Assembly (NCBI GenBank): GCA_907165135.1
Contig: OU015568.1
Coordinates: forward strand, 15,945,208-16,009,207
Reading direction: 5' to 3'
Length of the DNA: 64,000 bases
From: Oikopleura dioica
Lineage: Eukaryota > Animalia > Chordata
Shown here: in pieces, positions 40,395-54,400 of the stretch
Position numbering within the stretch: position 1 is the stretch's first letter
Layout: the number at the start of each line of letters is the position of its first letter
Made by a program: the position numbers and the translations under genes
Notes under the pieces: model-generated
Seen by the model: the letters and a program-made list of their open reading frames with translations, nothing else
What the model was told of the DNA's origin: nothing
Databases searched by the model: none

Positions 40395-42050
40395 TCAGTA
40401 GTTTTGCCTCTTGTCAACAGGCTGAAAATAAGTTGTCCCATTGTGCTGCATCAAGGAGTTGAGCGCATTCGGTCCCATGGTGGAGACGGCCGGATTCATC
40501 GCAGAATTCACCGTGGAAACATTCATCCCGGAGAAGCCCGCGCTCGTCTGAGCTTGAAGCTGTTGCGTAAGCGAAGCGTCGTAGTTTGGTATCGATCCCT
40601 GAAGATTTTTAGTGAAGGCGAAGTTAGGAGAAGATGAAGGGTACCTGTTGTTGATAGAAATTTCCAAGATTTAGCTGTCGATTATACTGTTCCTGCTGCA
40701 GATTCCTGACCATATCCTGAAATAAATACGGTAATCGATTTTGCCGTAACAACAACAAGAATCGAAATCGACGGGCGTATGTCGCAATCACAAGAGTAAA
40801 GCGTATGTTTACTTTCGTATTTTTTCACGGAAGGGGAAAGCAAAATAAATCTTATTTGAAAAAGATGATTTGTGAGTGACAGTATCACGAACCTGCATGG
40901 CGTCCTGCCCGATACCCGACGCCAATTGTTGCTGGTTCTGGTGCAGTAACTGCTGATATTGCTGTTGGTAGGCGAGCATCTGTTCGTTCGTCCTAAAATT
41001 ATCATTTGATAACAGAATCAAAATACAGTCACTTACATATTATTACGCCTGTTGTCGACCTGTTGAACTCGCTCAGGGAAGCTAGTAGGGGGAGCTCCTT
41101 GTTGGAACATGTCCGTTCCCTGATAAGAGATTTGTTTATCAAGAGATAGAATCCAAGTACTCTACCTGTGGCATACTTGGCGTGAGTTGACTCTTAATCT
41201 GCATAATCAGCTCCTTTGCCCGTTGTGAGGACACATTGAAATGTTTGCCTAGAGAGCAACTTTTGGCAACTGTTGAATATATCTATAGTAACGTACCGAG
41301 CACATCTCTAAATTCATCGGCCTGTGCAAGCGGTTCGTCGAAGGTTTGAGCGAGTTCGTGCTGGGGTGGTGATTGAGAACCTCGCTCATTCCAGTGCTTG
41401 GGCCGCGTGCGGTTAGAGTATCGCTTCGGGCCTTTGTCATCTAAAGATGCGTCAATAACTGAACATAGCATGGAATAACATACCTCGGGAATCCTTTCTA
41501 GAGTCCATCTCGCGTCTTCTACGATCAGGTCTTCTATCATCCTGGAATAGAAAAGCTGTCAAAAAATGACTCTACAAAATTTAGCAAACCTTTCTTTGTG
41601 TCTCGTACATGCCCTGTTTCTCAAGGATGTCGCGAACATTTGCTAGCTCGACTTGGAGGGAGACCTTGTTGTTGCTCATGTCATTGTTCTGGAGACCGTC
41701 TTTCTGGTTCTTGCGTCTTCGTGGTGGTGGAGGACGGGAGTGGTTGAAGTCTTCATCAGAGAGATCTACACAACGATATTTACTCAAGTGAAACGTATTC
41801 ATAAATTCAAAATATAGATAAAATTAACTTGAGAGTAGCATAAAAAGACCCGTAATAACCTGATGAGTATCGGCGAGTGCGCATTGGCGGAGCTGGATCC
41901 TCAACACGCTTCCTTGGCGGCGAAGAGCGTCGTCGGCGAGTGTCGTACTGCTCGTCGGAATCACGCTGATCCCGGCCGAACTGCTCGACGCGTCGTCGCT
42001 GGTCCTGTTTGGAATCACGGCGGCGAGAGTCTCGAGGCTAGACAAATACC
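40395..42050 (-). CDS. Unassigned multi-exon gene: RD/RS-rich N-part and Q/S/N-rich C-part (boundaries approximate)
   Basis: Exons join through GT-AG introns: RDSRRRDSK...RRYSS/DLSDEDF...ETQRK/DDRRPDRRRREMDSRKDSR/DDKGPKR...; QQQYQQLL. Confidence 0.5.
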
Positions 42051-42822
42051 GATAAAGTTTAAATATTTTAGTAAGCGATAAACTCAAGGTAAAGCTCATA
42101 AATCGCGTCATCGTAAATAAATTCATTTATATATCCGAATCAGAATAAAAGAACAACGTATAATAGTGGATAGGTCGATGATAAACCAAGTTATAAAACA
42201 TGTTCAGCTGGCTTCTTAAGTTTTATCGGTTTTAAAATACAATGTAATAAAGTTGACGGCGTTTAGCAAACGTGACCTTAGCTGAGAGTAAATCTGTTTA
42301 CCTAAAGTGAATTTAAATGGACTTTGTATCCACCGAAGCTATGTTAATATCTACTGTTCATGGTCGCTAATGGAAATGTTTGCTGTTGAGTTTAGCGACG
42401 GGATATCAAGAGTAAACAACTGCATAAAGTTGAAAGTTGCATGAGCTCGCACCCTGAGATACCGCGATATATTTGCTGCTATATTTGCCTTGCATGATAA
42501 GAACAAATATACTCACAGGAAGGGACAAAGGTGATTTTATAATATTCAATATTTATTGGTGGGATAATGTGTTGGTGAAAGAACAAAACAAGGAAAGATG
42601 GGAGCGTGTAAATGTATATGTATTTGGCCTAAGAATCAAAAGTGGGTAGAGTGGAATGAATAATGTTTGGGCATGATGACATTTACCTCACTAATAAATT
42701 AAATGAAGAATATATCGTTCAATAAAACTCTAATATTTACTTTACATGAAGGCACGTCAAAGACAGGCGGCAACTGAGGTCTGGCGGGGAATCAACTTTA
42801 CAAGGGAGATCTAATTGGGAAA

Positions 42823-44154
42823 TCAAGGCTCGACCTTAACGCTCTCGTCGCCAGTAGTAATCGTGGCTCCGAAGGGTTTGACGAGTGGGCTGGGCGAAAA
42901 AGCATGTGGTGTGAAAAGAGGGTTCTGAGAAATAGTTGGAGAGCTGGCAGCAAGATTCATGTGGCCGGGAAACATGCTGCTGACTGGAGGATTCTGGAGG
43001 ACAGATTCAGCCGGTTGAGAGGGAGCAGAAGTGGCAGACTCAGCTTGTGTGGGAGAAGGAGGAGCTTCGGTGATGGTCGCAGGCTGAAGTTCGGGCATCT
43101 GAGGAATCGGCATTGCTGCAGAAATCGACGGCATACCAGGCACTGAAGTAGGCGCAGTCGTTGATGCTGGAAGCGACATCTGAATAAATTTATTAGCTTG
43201 AGGTTATTTATGATTGTTGGACTGACGTAATAAAAAATACCATTATTTATTAATAATCAAATATAATTACCTTAGCCATGGTCAGCGCCGCTGAAAGATC
43301 CTGGTGTTTGCCAAGGCCGGGAGCGTTGAAGTTGACTCCGTTGATGTTGAAGCCGTTGTTAGGGCGGAATCGGACGCGGTGCTCGGAGTTGGCAGATTTT
43401 TCGATCGAATCTGACTCTGCTGAATAGCAATGGTTCGGCGGAAAAGTTGCTGGGGGATAGAACCAAAGTAGAACTTGGTCTCAAGTTCTAGCGCACCAAG
43501 TCGTCGCTGATCGAGAGTGTGAAGACGGTTCATCGCCAGCTCGTCAGAGTCGAAGTAAAGCAGAGCGCCCCGGCGGATGAAGGCGGTGACAGACAATCTG
43601 TTAGCTTGAGCCTCTTCCCGAAGATTGATGAGTCGACGACGATTTTCTTGCGAGATGAGCATCAGATCACCTGGTACCGGGGTAGGTTCGTCGTTTATTG
43701 GCGCTTGATTCATCTGACGAACATGTGGCTGAGGTCGAGCATTTTGTTGTTGTCCATTCAGAGCAGGGCTATTCAGCATCTGTGTGGCGAGATACTGCTG
43801 CAAAAAGGGTAGACCGTTGAGCCCTGGAATTGTTGGGAAGGCGCCGGGAATTTTCGGACTCGTAGAGATCTCTTCAGTACCTGAAGTCTCCATTTTTTCT
43901 TCGTCTTTTGGAAATGGCTCGGTGCTTCCCTTGCTTTCTTCGTCTTCTTTTCGAACTGGTGAGGAGGAGCAAATGCCGCTAGAATCCGCTGATTTCGAAC
44001 TTTCTTTTGCGTCAGGATTCTCGAAAAACAGTGAGCATTGAATCCCAGCATCGTTGACGACGATTGACCACTGTGGGACGGACATGTCATCCAAATTCTG
44101 GTTGTTGAGGGCTGCCCAAAAGGCTTGAGGGACCATTGTCTGTGCGTGGACCAT
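42823..44154 (-). CDS. Unassigned nuclear-type protein with a BEN-domain-like segment; two exons; needs one extra A at 43397-43401
   Basis: AFIRRGALLYFDSDELA...LDQRRLGALE...F...RTIAIQQSQIR resembles BEN domain spacing. After the frame fix it continues NNGFNINGVNF...MAK/MSLPAS...VKVEP*. Confidence 0.5.
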
Positions 44155-45770
44155 TTCGTTCTCTTTCGTTTATCTCTTTTCGGCGAAAAAAATCTCGCAG
44201 TTTGGTTGTGCGGTTGATATTTTTAGATTTGTGATAGTAAAAATATAACTCGTTTCAATATTTGGTAAATTCTTGCTCGACAACGCTTTAAGGGTGGCTG
44301 TCGTAGGGTGGCGCGCCACCTAGCTCGATAAAATTTTTCTTTTTAAAAAGTTATCTTGCAGGTGGCAAAAAATTCGGCCGATTGAGGGGCGCTGCGGAGA
44401 TCTAGATTTTTTGATCGGTTGACCAGAAAATAAGTAAACTTTACAACCCCTCCGCTGTGATAAAAAATTGACCAGCCTTCCCCGATCCGGGCCATAAACC
44501 AAATAAAAGCTCAAAAATTATAATTTACACGTAATCGTCTGGAAACTCTAAAAAGCTAATAAAATTGATGATTACAACTCGGAAAAGGATGACTTGGTAT
44601 TCTATTTTTTAAAACCCAGAAACACTAGCACCATAAAAAGAAATTTTGATTTAAAGTTCACTAACCAAGGATAATCTCATCAAAGATGATCCAAGCATAG
44701 GATAAAAGTTGGTTCGATTTCTTTCAAAAAATTTCACCTGGAATGTGATCATAATCCTGAATAAGTAAGAATACATGTGTATTCAACAATATATAAAGTT
44801 GAAAATGTATCAGTGAATATCTGCTGAACCGTTCAGCTAAAGTGCAACTAAGTCCTATTTCGTACGATACTGATTTGCAGCTTGATACTCGATTGTAAAG
44901 TCAACGAAGACGTGGTCATGGAATTCCGTCAAATATAAAATTTAATGGATGAGATCGAGATATGACATTTTATTTTATTCACTTGGTCTTTATGTAACAT
45001 TTATGTGGATAACTTTTAATAAAAGCTTGGCTGGGATTCCTCTTGAGAGAATTATACTTTCCGTAAATAACGCTATCATGAAAGATGTGCAAACACAACC
45101 CGTTTGGAAGAGGGTTAGCGAAAATCAACTCATGGAAAAGTTGCAACTACTTGAGCTTATTTATCTTGAAAGAAAGCAAATCTAAACAATTAAATTGACT
45201 TTCAATATTTTACTTTCGGGCGAGTTGCCACAGATTTACGTTTGAAATGAATTTGCGAACGACAAACAGAAATATTTATCGATCACTTTCCTGAATACGC
45301 CGCATTTACTTCCTGCTTTGATTCCTGTCACTGCGAAAATAAAGACTAATTCTGTAACGAACGAAGTTTAACCAAGCCTATCTCGGCGATAAAATTCTTA
45401 GGCTTTCGAAATAACGCAACGACCCTGTCGAAACGATGTCAACTGCTATCATAAAACTTGTGTTAGTAAAGTAAACGCAAACGCAGCCAGACTGAAGTAC
45501 AGAAGGACCCCGCCAGTGTAAAATTATTATCTGGCCTAAAAATCTTTTGCCGTTGTCGTAAATTTCTTATAAACGGCCGTTACACATGAAATCGCGCGGC
45601 GCGATACCATCTGCCGCAAAATAACATAAAAACGGGTTAAAAAATCAGATGGTAAGCAGGCCGATTACTATCGCTAACAATAAAAAATTCAGGAAAACAC
45701 GCAAGCGCGCGACCTGCTTGTCTGCGATGCATCAAAAGCTCATGCTAAACTACTGCTCTATAATTGATCA

Positions 45771-47657
45771 TCACTCGTTACGCTGTTGAATTTTCCATTT
45801 TTTCGGATAAGAAAACGAATTCATAATGAATGGTAAGCGATGAATTATGAAATTGTCTTTATTTTTTACCTGCTGTTGTCTATCATCATTATCTCGTTTT
45901 GGCATGGGCTCTCGATTCTTGCGCTGGCGGTTGTTGGAAGGTTTCTCCTCTATGATTTCGATAATTTAGTGAAAAGAGTTGGTCAATAATTACCTCGTTG
46001 TTTTTGAACGTCCTTTCTTGATCGCTCGTTCTTGTTGTTGCCAACATCACTATTGCCACGGTCTCTTTGCTCTCGACGGTTGTTTCTTGGCTTCTGTTCT
46101 TGTCGTTGATTCTGGCTATCGTAGCCGTTCTCAATCGTAACAACCATTCGTGGAGAGTTAGCCCGCTTGCCCTTTCCTCGGCCATTGGCAATTTCCTTCC
46201 GCTCGTGACTATCCCGGTTGTCTCGGCTTTCCCGATGATCGCGGTTGTCTCGAGTGTCTCGGTTTTCCCGATTTTCGCGAGTGTCCCGGTTATTTCGAGG
46301 CTTTTGCTCTCGGCCCTTGCCCTCGCGTTTGGGCTTCTGCTCTCTTGGTTTCTGGGAATTGGCACCTTTCAGATCCGGGAAGTCCTCGTTGTTCTTGAGT
46401 TGTGGTGGATCTCGACCCTTGTTATTTCGAGGTTCTCGTTGTTGATTTCGAGAGTTTTGGTTGCGACCGCCACCGCGTTTTGGACCACTTGGATTTCGAC
46501 GCTGAGGTCGGTTACGCTTGCCGGGAGCATTTTCATCGCTATCTTGAAGATGCTTGGATAAGTCAGCGTCGGCCGGAAGCGATCGGATGTCAAAGCCGTA
46601 GCGCTCCACAAGTTCATCGAGAGTGCGCGGCTGCTGGAGATCCTCTTCAAACTTGTCGTGCGACCACTTATCGTCCAAATTTGCTCGGCGCTCGGCCTTC
46701 TTCCTCGCGCGCTCTTCGCGTTCTCGCTCCTGCGCTTTGAGCGGATCTTCCTCGGCCTTCTCCGCCCAGCTTTCTTTGTCCTCGGCTTCTTCCGGCTCGG
46801 ACTCAACTTCGGGAGTAGCTTCCTTTTCCATTTCGATGTCCATCTTTGGCCCGGAAGGAGCGTTTTCGTATTCTTGGTCGATTCGATCGTCGTGGAGGAA
46901 AAACAATCCCTAGAAAGAAAATATTGATCAGAATTACAATTTTCAAAAACCTTTCTAGGAATAAACGCCGGGTGTTTTTCGTCCTCGTCTTCATTCGATC
47001 GTTCCTCCTTGGCTTCATCACCTTCGTCCTCTTTATTGGACCCCGCCGACCTAAATAATAGCCAGTAATAAAATCAGACGCGCTAAATGATCGCTTACAT
47101 GTTTTCATCTTCAGCATGCGTTTGGGGTGGCTGATCATCTTCCATATTAACGTCCTGAAGTCGAGAAGCAACGCCGTCGATGTCATCTTGGTCGCGTTCG
47201 TCCTCGACCTTAGCTTCCTCTCCCTTCTCTTCGACCTGTGGAACCTCTTCTTTTGCTTCAGAGGTTTCTTCATTCTTTTCTTCCACCTTGGCCGGAGGAG
47301 ACTGTTCGGTTACTGGAGGAGCTTCCTCTGGCTTCTCCGCTTCAGTCTTTTCGACCTCTTTGGTCTCTACCTTTTCATCGTCTTTTGATTCAACCTTTAC
47401 ATCATCTTTCTGCGCTTCGGCTTCTTTTATCTCTTCAGAAGCTTCTGGCGCACTTTTGTAGTCCTCTTCGTCTTCACTCTGAAGAACATGAGTTTGTTAA
47501 CTTCTCTTTTAGAGTCAAGTTTTTATACCTCAGTAGCAGAGACAAGCCCTGGCTTTTCTTCTTCTTCCTCATCATCAGTAGCCGCCTGACGAACTTTTGG
47601 GACGTCATCTTCCCCTTCGGAAAGATCCTCTTCATTTCTTCGTCTTCGAGCAGCCAT
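45771..47657 (-). CDS. CASC3: CASC3/Barentsz (MLN51), exon junction complex subunit
   Basis: Btz domain: NPAFIPRKG/LFFLHDDR...KWSHDKFEEDLQQPRTLDELVERYGFDIR. Confidence 0.88.
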
Positions 47658-48093
47658 ATTCGTTATTGGAATATGAGCTCACTGGTTTAGTTAGAAGTTC
47701 GAGTGCCTTGAAGAATTTATGATTCGATTTCGAGTTTTTGCTGGCTTGCTAAGCAGATCAATTCAGATCTAAAAAGATTTATAAGTAAGATTCTGCTACA
47801 TTATTTATTTATCCTTGTTGTTTTCTATATGCAAAGGAAAAAATAAGAATGTTTTTATTTTGATTTTTTCTTGCGCTTAAATGATGAAATAGTACGTCGG
47901 TGATGGGATTGAACTCATAACTTGTATTTTTCTTTGTTCAAGTTGGGAAAAAGAGAGAGAAACAGAAATTCAAGGCAAAGTTGTTGAAAGATAGGAGCGG
48001 GATAGATAAAGGATAAATAGAATAAAATAGATAAAGTAAAGGCAATCAGTAGGAGTTGAAAAATATGTAGTCTGCATACGGAGGAATAATAAC

Positions 48094-51019
48094 TTAGGGG
48101 TCAGCAAGTGGGCGAATGAGGTACGACATCTCCCAGAGCTTGTCGTCGTCTTGGAGCGACTGGAATCCGCAGAACCGCCTGAAAGAAAGACTTTAATAAA
48201 AGTTCGTAATTATGAAAAACAGGTGACTGGTGTGACAATTCGTGTTTGCCCATGCGTAAATATGGGCTTTCAAATTATCATGAAGTCGATTTCAGGATTT
48301 AACGGAGTTTTACGCCATAAAATTCAATGGTGCTTTTTATTGGTTTAACTTCGTTGATTGTTTGAAATGTGAATTTATTACCTGTCAATATCTGCGGACT
48401 TTTGGAAGTCGTATTTGGACTCTCTGAAACGACGCGTCTGCTCTAACAGTTTGTGGATTCTCATTACTCTGTCGAAATTAACCATTCCATCCTTCATAGG
48501 TTTTTCTCGCAAATGAACCTTTATCATAAATATTAACTCAATTATAATGGCCCTCGAACCTGGTAAAGATCTTGTCTAACGATTCCAATATAGGGAACAC
48601 ATGGCAGTTCTGAATCTTTTAGGACTGGGCGATAGTTGACAAAGTTTTTGTCGACAGAGGTAATTTTTTGAAATTCTTGGATTTTTTCTTGAATCGATGA
48701 TTTCCAATGAAGCCGGGTGACTGCTTTTGATGAAACGCCAGCAACCACTGCGAAGTACGAGTTGAAATTGTTGTGTTTGCGTAAGTGAGACAGAATTTTG
48801 AAAAACTAGAAAAAAGTAAGAATGAGATTTGAGCATTTTTACAAACATTGTTTAGGATCCGCTCCCGCAGATCAGTTGCTTCTTTTCCAGGGGCATTTTG
48901 CGATAGAATGAGCCCTTGGGTCCAATAAGAAACAGAGTTGAAGTGATCAACGGCAGCTGAGAAGTTGGGAGTCTTCTGAGAGTCTTGAGTTTCGGACATG
49001 GCAGCCAAGACGAATTCTGAAGGCTCGATGCTTCGGTAAAAGTCGGCGTCGAGTATGCAAAGATGCTGGGCGAATATTTCAGATCTAAACTTAGTGAAAA
49101 TTTGAAAGGGAAGGTTGAACTGACGTGTAATCTAGGAATTTGCTTCCGTCAAGCCTGAGCTTCTCTGTTAGCGCCTCGTACTCATTGTCGACCAGAGCGC
49201 CCATCGAAAGTGGTCTTTGAACCGATCTTGATTTCTTGATAACTACTCTTTGGGCACTATCGCGAAGTTGCTTCGCGTAGTTGAGGAAGTTCTTCTCCCT
49301 GTGGGTCATCATCCAAAAGATTTCATCGTCAAGTTTTTGTTTTATATTGTCGTTGAGCTCAGTGTATACAAGTTGGTCTACTACGCGAATAAGGATTTGT
49401 ACTGGAATGCCACTTGATGATGCGCAAGTATCTGCTTGTCGTATTCGTTTCAGAAGTTCGTCGATTAGCTTTTCAAGCGCGAGGAAAGTTCGGAAGCTGG
49501 ACAGAAAGGCTTCAATAAAATCGCTTTTGACGTGTTGGGATAGCACTAAAATACTGTTCTCTTCCTTGATTTCAATTGGATTTCACCTTTTTCGACCATT
49601 TGATCAGGAGTGCCGAGCATGGAAGAGGGATCATTGAGTTCATTGTAGCCGGAATCACGTTGATTTTTAGCCGGCGAGCGTTTTTCTGGGATTTCGGGCG
49701 GAATAAGTGAAACATCGGAGTTTTGTTCAGGTTTTTCATTGAGGTAGGAATCACGCGAGTCGGAGCTCACCATTGAGTAGCGATTTTTCTGGGGAGTGAA
49801 AACGTTCAAGCCACCGAGTGGCTTGTTCTTTTTGGAGGAAGAATGGGCGGAAGTCCTTTTTCGGGAAGAATTGGGGGACCGTCGACGACAACATCGATGC
49901 CGCCGACAAAGCGACCAGAGGATCCGCTAAATCAGGCGTTACTAAAAAAATAGATATCTGAAAGTTACCTTGTAGAAAGTAAATCACCATACGAATTACT
50001 CGATAATGGACGGGAATAATTGCTTCCAAGGGGACTTGAAGTTCCCATGGTCGCGAATTGATCATTCGAGTATCTAACATCGATGTTCGACCTATCAGAC
50101 TCGAGTTGAATGTCCGCAGAGTTCAGACTGAGAAAAGTAATTCCCTCTGAAATATCAGACTGGTTGGAGCGCTGTCTGCCAACAACAGATCTGCTTCTTC
50201 CAGTGACTGGCCTTCTTTTTACACTTCCATTACTAGGACGTTCCATGGATGGAGGGCGAATAGAAGACGTTGAGCTTATAAGCTCTTTTGTCTTCCTTGA
50301 TATTGTACGAAAAGATCTTCTGATATTACTACGCCTCAGACCACGAGCACGTGGTATTTCCCCGCTTCCTAGATATTCAAGATTTTCTATAGAAGCATGG
50401 AGCGATTTTCTGAAGGCATTTGAAGGAGACATCTAGAGAGTAAGTAAAATAATGGTCGTGAAAATTGTCCTACCGGTTGAAGAGTTTCTGGGAATGTTAA
50501 ACGCGCGTAGTCGATTATATTTCGCAGCACTTTCTGAAGCTTGAGCACCATTTCTTGAGTCATTTGAGTGTCATCGTGACTGATTTCTGAGGAACTATCG
50601 GAAAGCTTGACCAGGGCGGCGAGATAATTGCGTGCCTCTTGTTGTCTGCTTTCGAAAAAGTCAGTCCACTGGTCATTGTTACTGATTTCAGGATGGCGGC
50701 CGACGATGACGACGATGTCGTCGAGCATTTTCTGGACCGTGTCGATGATCAACGTCACTACTTGCGGGATCAGCTCTTTTTGATTCTTCTCGATAAGTTT
50801 GTTCATGTACTTGGCCGATTTCTCGATTTCGAGCAGATGATCGCTTATTTGAACCAACGATTGGACATGATCGACTGAGGTGCCACCCACTTGCCGTAGT
50901 GGCTCCGAAATTTCAATCTTTCGCTTCGAGCCCGATCCGCCATCGCTTGGTGTTGGGCGAAACAGGCCGCCGAATTTCTTCGTCCAGCCGGTCATCCCGG
51001 AAGAAATCGATTTTTTCAT
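48094..51019 (-). CDS. C3G/RAPGEF1-like Ras-family GEF (REM and CDC25 domains)
   Basis: FIEAFLSSFRTF (REM), VDHFNSVSYWTQGLIL, LPCVPYIGI, LWEMSYLIRP; Pro-rich central region. Confidence 0.75.
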
Positions 51020-51440
51020 CCTCTTTTCATTTTGAGCATGAGCTCACTCATGTCACTGTCCTAAATAGGTGCAGTTTAGTGAAAGGTTTTTAATATCATC
51101 GAGTCGATAAGGTGGATTTAATTAATTTCTTGTCAATTACAATACACTGTCAATAGAATGAAGTTTCAGGCATCCTTCCTATACAAATAACTTAAATAAT
51201 AGGTCAGAATAATGGTGACTTTTAGAGAAAATATAATTTTCATAGATACATAGAGATATAAAAAGACATGTGAAGAACTGGAATCAAGAAATCGAGAAGC
51301 AAGTGCTGGAGATCTGGTTAGGTGATAATTGGTTCTAACAGTTCCGGTTAAATTACTGTACTGTAGCATTTTTCATATACACAAGGGCAAATTTGTACTG
51401 TATATGATTCAAGTAAAACATGTGAAAGCATTGAAATAGT

Positions 51441-54400
51441 CTAAAGTAAAACAAGGCCAAGTTTCTTCTTCTCAAGCTCGGGACATCGCCAGTTATAGAG
51501 GTAGTAGTTCAGATTACCGTCTCCTTCGCCGAATTTAAGGGGCTAAAAGTCTTGAGAAACTTGTCAATTGCGACTTTCTCACCTTCAAGAACTGATCATT
51601 TTCCATGAGGTCGAGCGCATTGAAGACGTCAAACTTTTGGTTGTTGGCAATGACGAGCATGTCGCTCATGAGATCTTTGAGACGATCAGACACGTTGTAG
51701 AAGCAGTAGGCGGCGTTGAGAGTGGAATGGTTTTTGTTGTTGACCACGGTGCTTGGAAGGGAGTAGAAGGAACCAAAGTCGGTGAGCTCTCCGTCGGAAT
51801 TTTCAACCACATAAGAGGAAATGACGCCCTCTCGGGGCAGGAACCAATGTTCGAATTCTTCTTCGGAGTAGATAGGTGTCAAGTCGAATTTCTACGCAAG
51901 GGAATGTGAAACGAGAAGGAACGAAGCGAGTTTACCTGAAGATATCCGCCAAGAAGTGCGCGAGCTTTCTCGCAGTCCTTCTTTTCCATTTTTCGAAGAC
52001 CTGGGAGCGATGTTTGCGCAGGCAATTTCATAAGTCTGATTAGTCGATTCATTGTCTACATAAAAAGTGGTTGAAATTCTTTCAAATTTATCAATTCTAC
52101 CTGGTTGCGACCAAGGGCTGAAAACTGAATCTCAACGAGCTTCTTTGGATTGAGCGATCTATGATGATAACGAGCAGTGCTCACTGGCTTGGGAATGACG
52201 ACGCCTGCAGTGTAACATGCTTGGAAGATATTTCTTTTGTTCACGCGGCGAGTAATCTCACGGATTAGAGTGGGCGCAAGGCGCTTTGATCTGAAAAGAT
52301 TATTTCAGCTCTATTCTCTTCTGGGCGCGGCCTTGAGCAAATCCTAGACATCGAGGAGCTTTACCTGAGTTTCTTGTGGACACATAAGAAGTTAATCTCG
52401 ACCATTTCAGTGGCGACGGTCTTTGTTCGAATTGTGGCAGGAATAGCAGAAATAAATCCCACCATTTTCTTCGTCGTGGAAGCTCGGACGGCGCAAAGCC
52501 AGTCTGTGTGCCATCCCGGTGGGCTTAGAGCCCATTTTAAGAACTCGGGGGAGTAATCAAAGCGGAACATATTGTCGTCATCTTCTACGTAGTTCTCGTT
52601 TAAAAGTGTGTAAAGCTCTGTCAACTGCGCTGGATCCGTTATCTAAAAGAAAGTCAATGAGGTTACTTTTTGATTTGTGGAATTTACATCGACATCGTCC
52701 CATTCAAAATTCTTGGGGAGTGAATAGGGCTCCTGGCGTACGTTGTCCCTGGAAGCCTCAATAGCGCCAAGGTCCTCGTCGGAAATTGTCTGAATATATA
52801 TCACGTTGTTGGTGACTTGCTATCTGCGAATAAGGAGACTTGGGACAAAAGGGTCTCTTGAATAGTTCGTTTATTGGCGTATGGCGAACTGAAGTAGCAG
52901 AATGTGATTTGGGAGCGGTTAAATACGGAAAAGGAGTGAGTCATGTGTAACGAGGCGGGAAAGTGGGAATGTACGGGAAGTGTTACATGTCAGTAATGAT
53001 GGATCAGGCAATAAACAAGATAGGCAAGACACTACATAATCCCTCCCTTCTGAAAAGAAGTGGGGATCGGTAAAATTTTTGTAAAATGTGCACGTGATAG
53101 TAATACAGATAGTGATCAAAAGTGCAGATAATGGCAGATAGCGTCGATTGGGGCTGATTGGGCGCGGCGATGAGGTCGATTGCGCAGATGGGGCCGATAG
53201 CGCGGCGCGGCAGATGCAATCAATCAGGTCGGGGTGGCCAAGGTCATCGAGGTCGGTCAGGTGGCATGGCGCAATTGTGCATGGCGCTAATCAATCAGCC
53301 GGTTGGTGTCGTAATTATGCCAATACGTGGCGCAAAAGTGACAGATGCATATAAAAACGGGCGAAAAAGTGGGAAATTATCAAAACTTGAGTGAAACGAA
53401 AAAAAATCAAAATGTCTACGAGAGATTATGATACAATAAGAGAACCGGTTGTTGCTGAATTGAAAATCACCGGAATCATGCGCCATCTTTTGGACGAACT
53501 GAAAGTTTCGAAGCCTAAATTCCTCAAAGAGATTATTGAAGACCGGAAACGAATCGACAAAGTCTGGAAAGGCTGGAAACGGCGTCGTAATGGTAAGTTT
53601 TATGAAAAAATTATTTTCCTAGTTCTAGAAATTTTTTGAAAAAATGTAAAATTTACGAATTCTAGAAAATTTTTGAAATTTCAAAATTTTAATTTATATT
53701 TTAGCTGAGTACAGGCGAAATTTCTACGAATGTCCGGAATATGGCGAATATCGAAAGCAGAGCGCGGCTATCCTCAAGGCTTTGCTCGAAGATGGGCTAG
53801 ATTGTCAAAATTGGCTCCCGATGTACCTGAGTCATCAGCTCGCAGCAATGTGCCACTGGCTGCCTACGAATACTACATGGACCTTCAACGCGAAAAAGAA
53901 AGTGAACATGCAGACCGGAGCCGGAACTCAGAAAAAGCGATACAGCGAGCTCAAACTGGGAATACGTCTCGTATGATTCGGCGGCGGCGTCGGAAAGAAA
54001 ACGCGAAAAAGAAGACGGGCCGAGGTGAGAAAAAGAAATGATTTTTCTTAGCTGTAACTCCGAATCAGAAAATAAAATTTTTATTTCAAAATGAAGCCTA
54101 GTCGATTTTCTTAGCAATAAAATGTTCAATAAAAGTAACTTGGAAGCTAATGCAAGCGAAAATTTTTTCAACCCAATGGGTCAGTTAGTGGTAATTCGGT
54201 GTCGGCGATGCCTAAGCCCGTTCTCCACTTGAATCTAACCCGGGATGGAGAGTTTTAGTGCGCAAAAGTTTTCATAGGAATAAAAATAGACTCGAAAAGG
54301 AAGTTGGGAGTCACGGGGCAAAGATGATTTGTTAACATAGGTTAGTTAGAGGTAATTTGGTGTCGGCAAGGCCTAAGCCCATTCTCCTCTTTACTCTAAC

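Noticed and set aside
44949-45185. 78-aa plus-strand ORF in an intergenic region
   Set aside because: AT-rich, no motifs and no supporting exon structure.
53730-54041. 103-aa plus-strand ORF as exon 2 of the antisense gene
   Set aside because: It needs a weak GAG acceptor at 53709, while the strong TTTTAG at 53704 selects the other frame. Kept only as an alternative.
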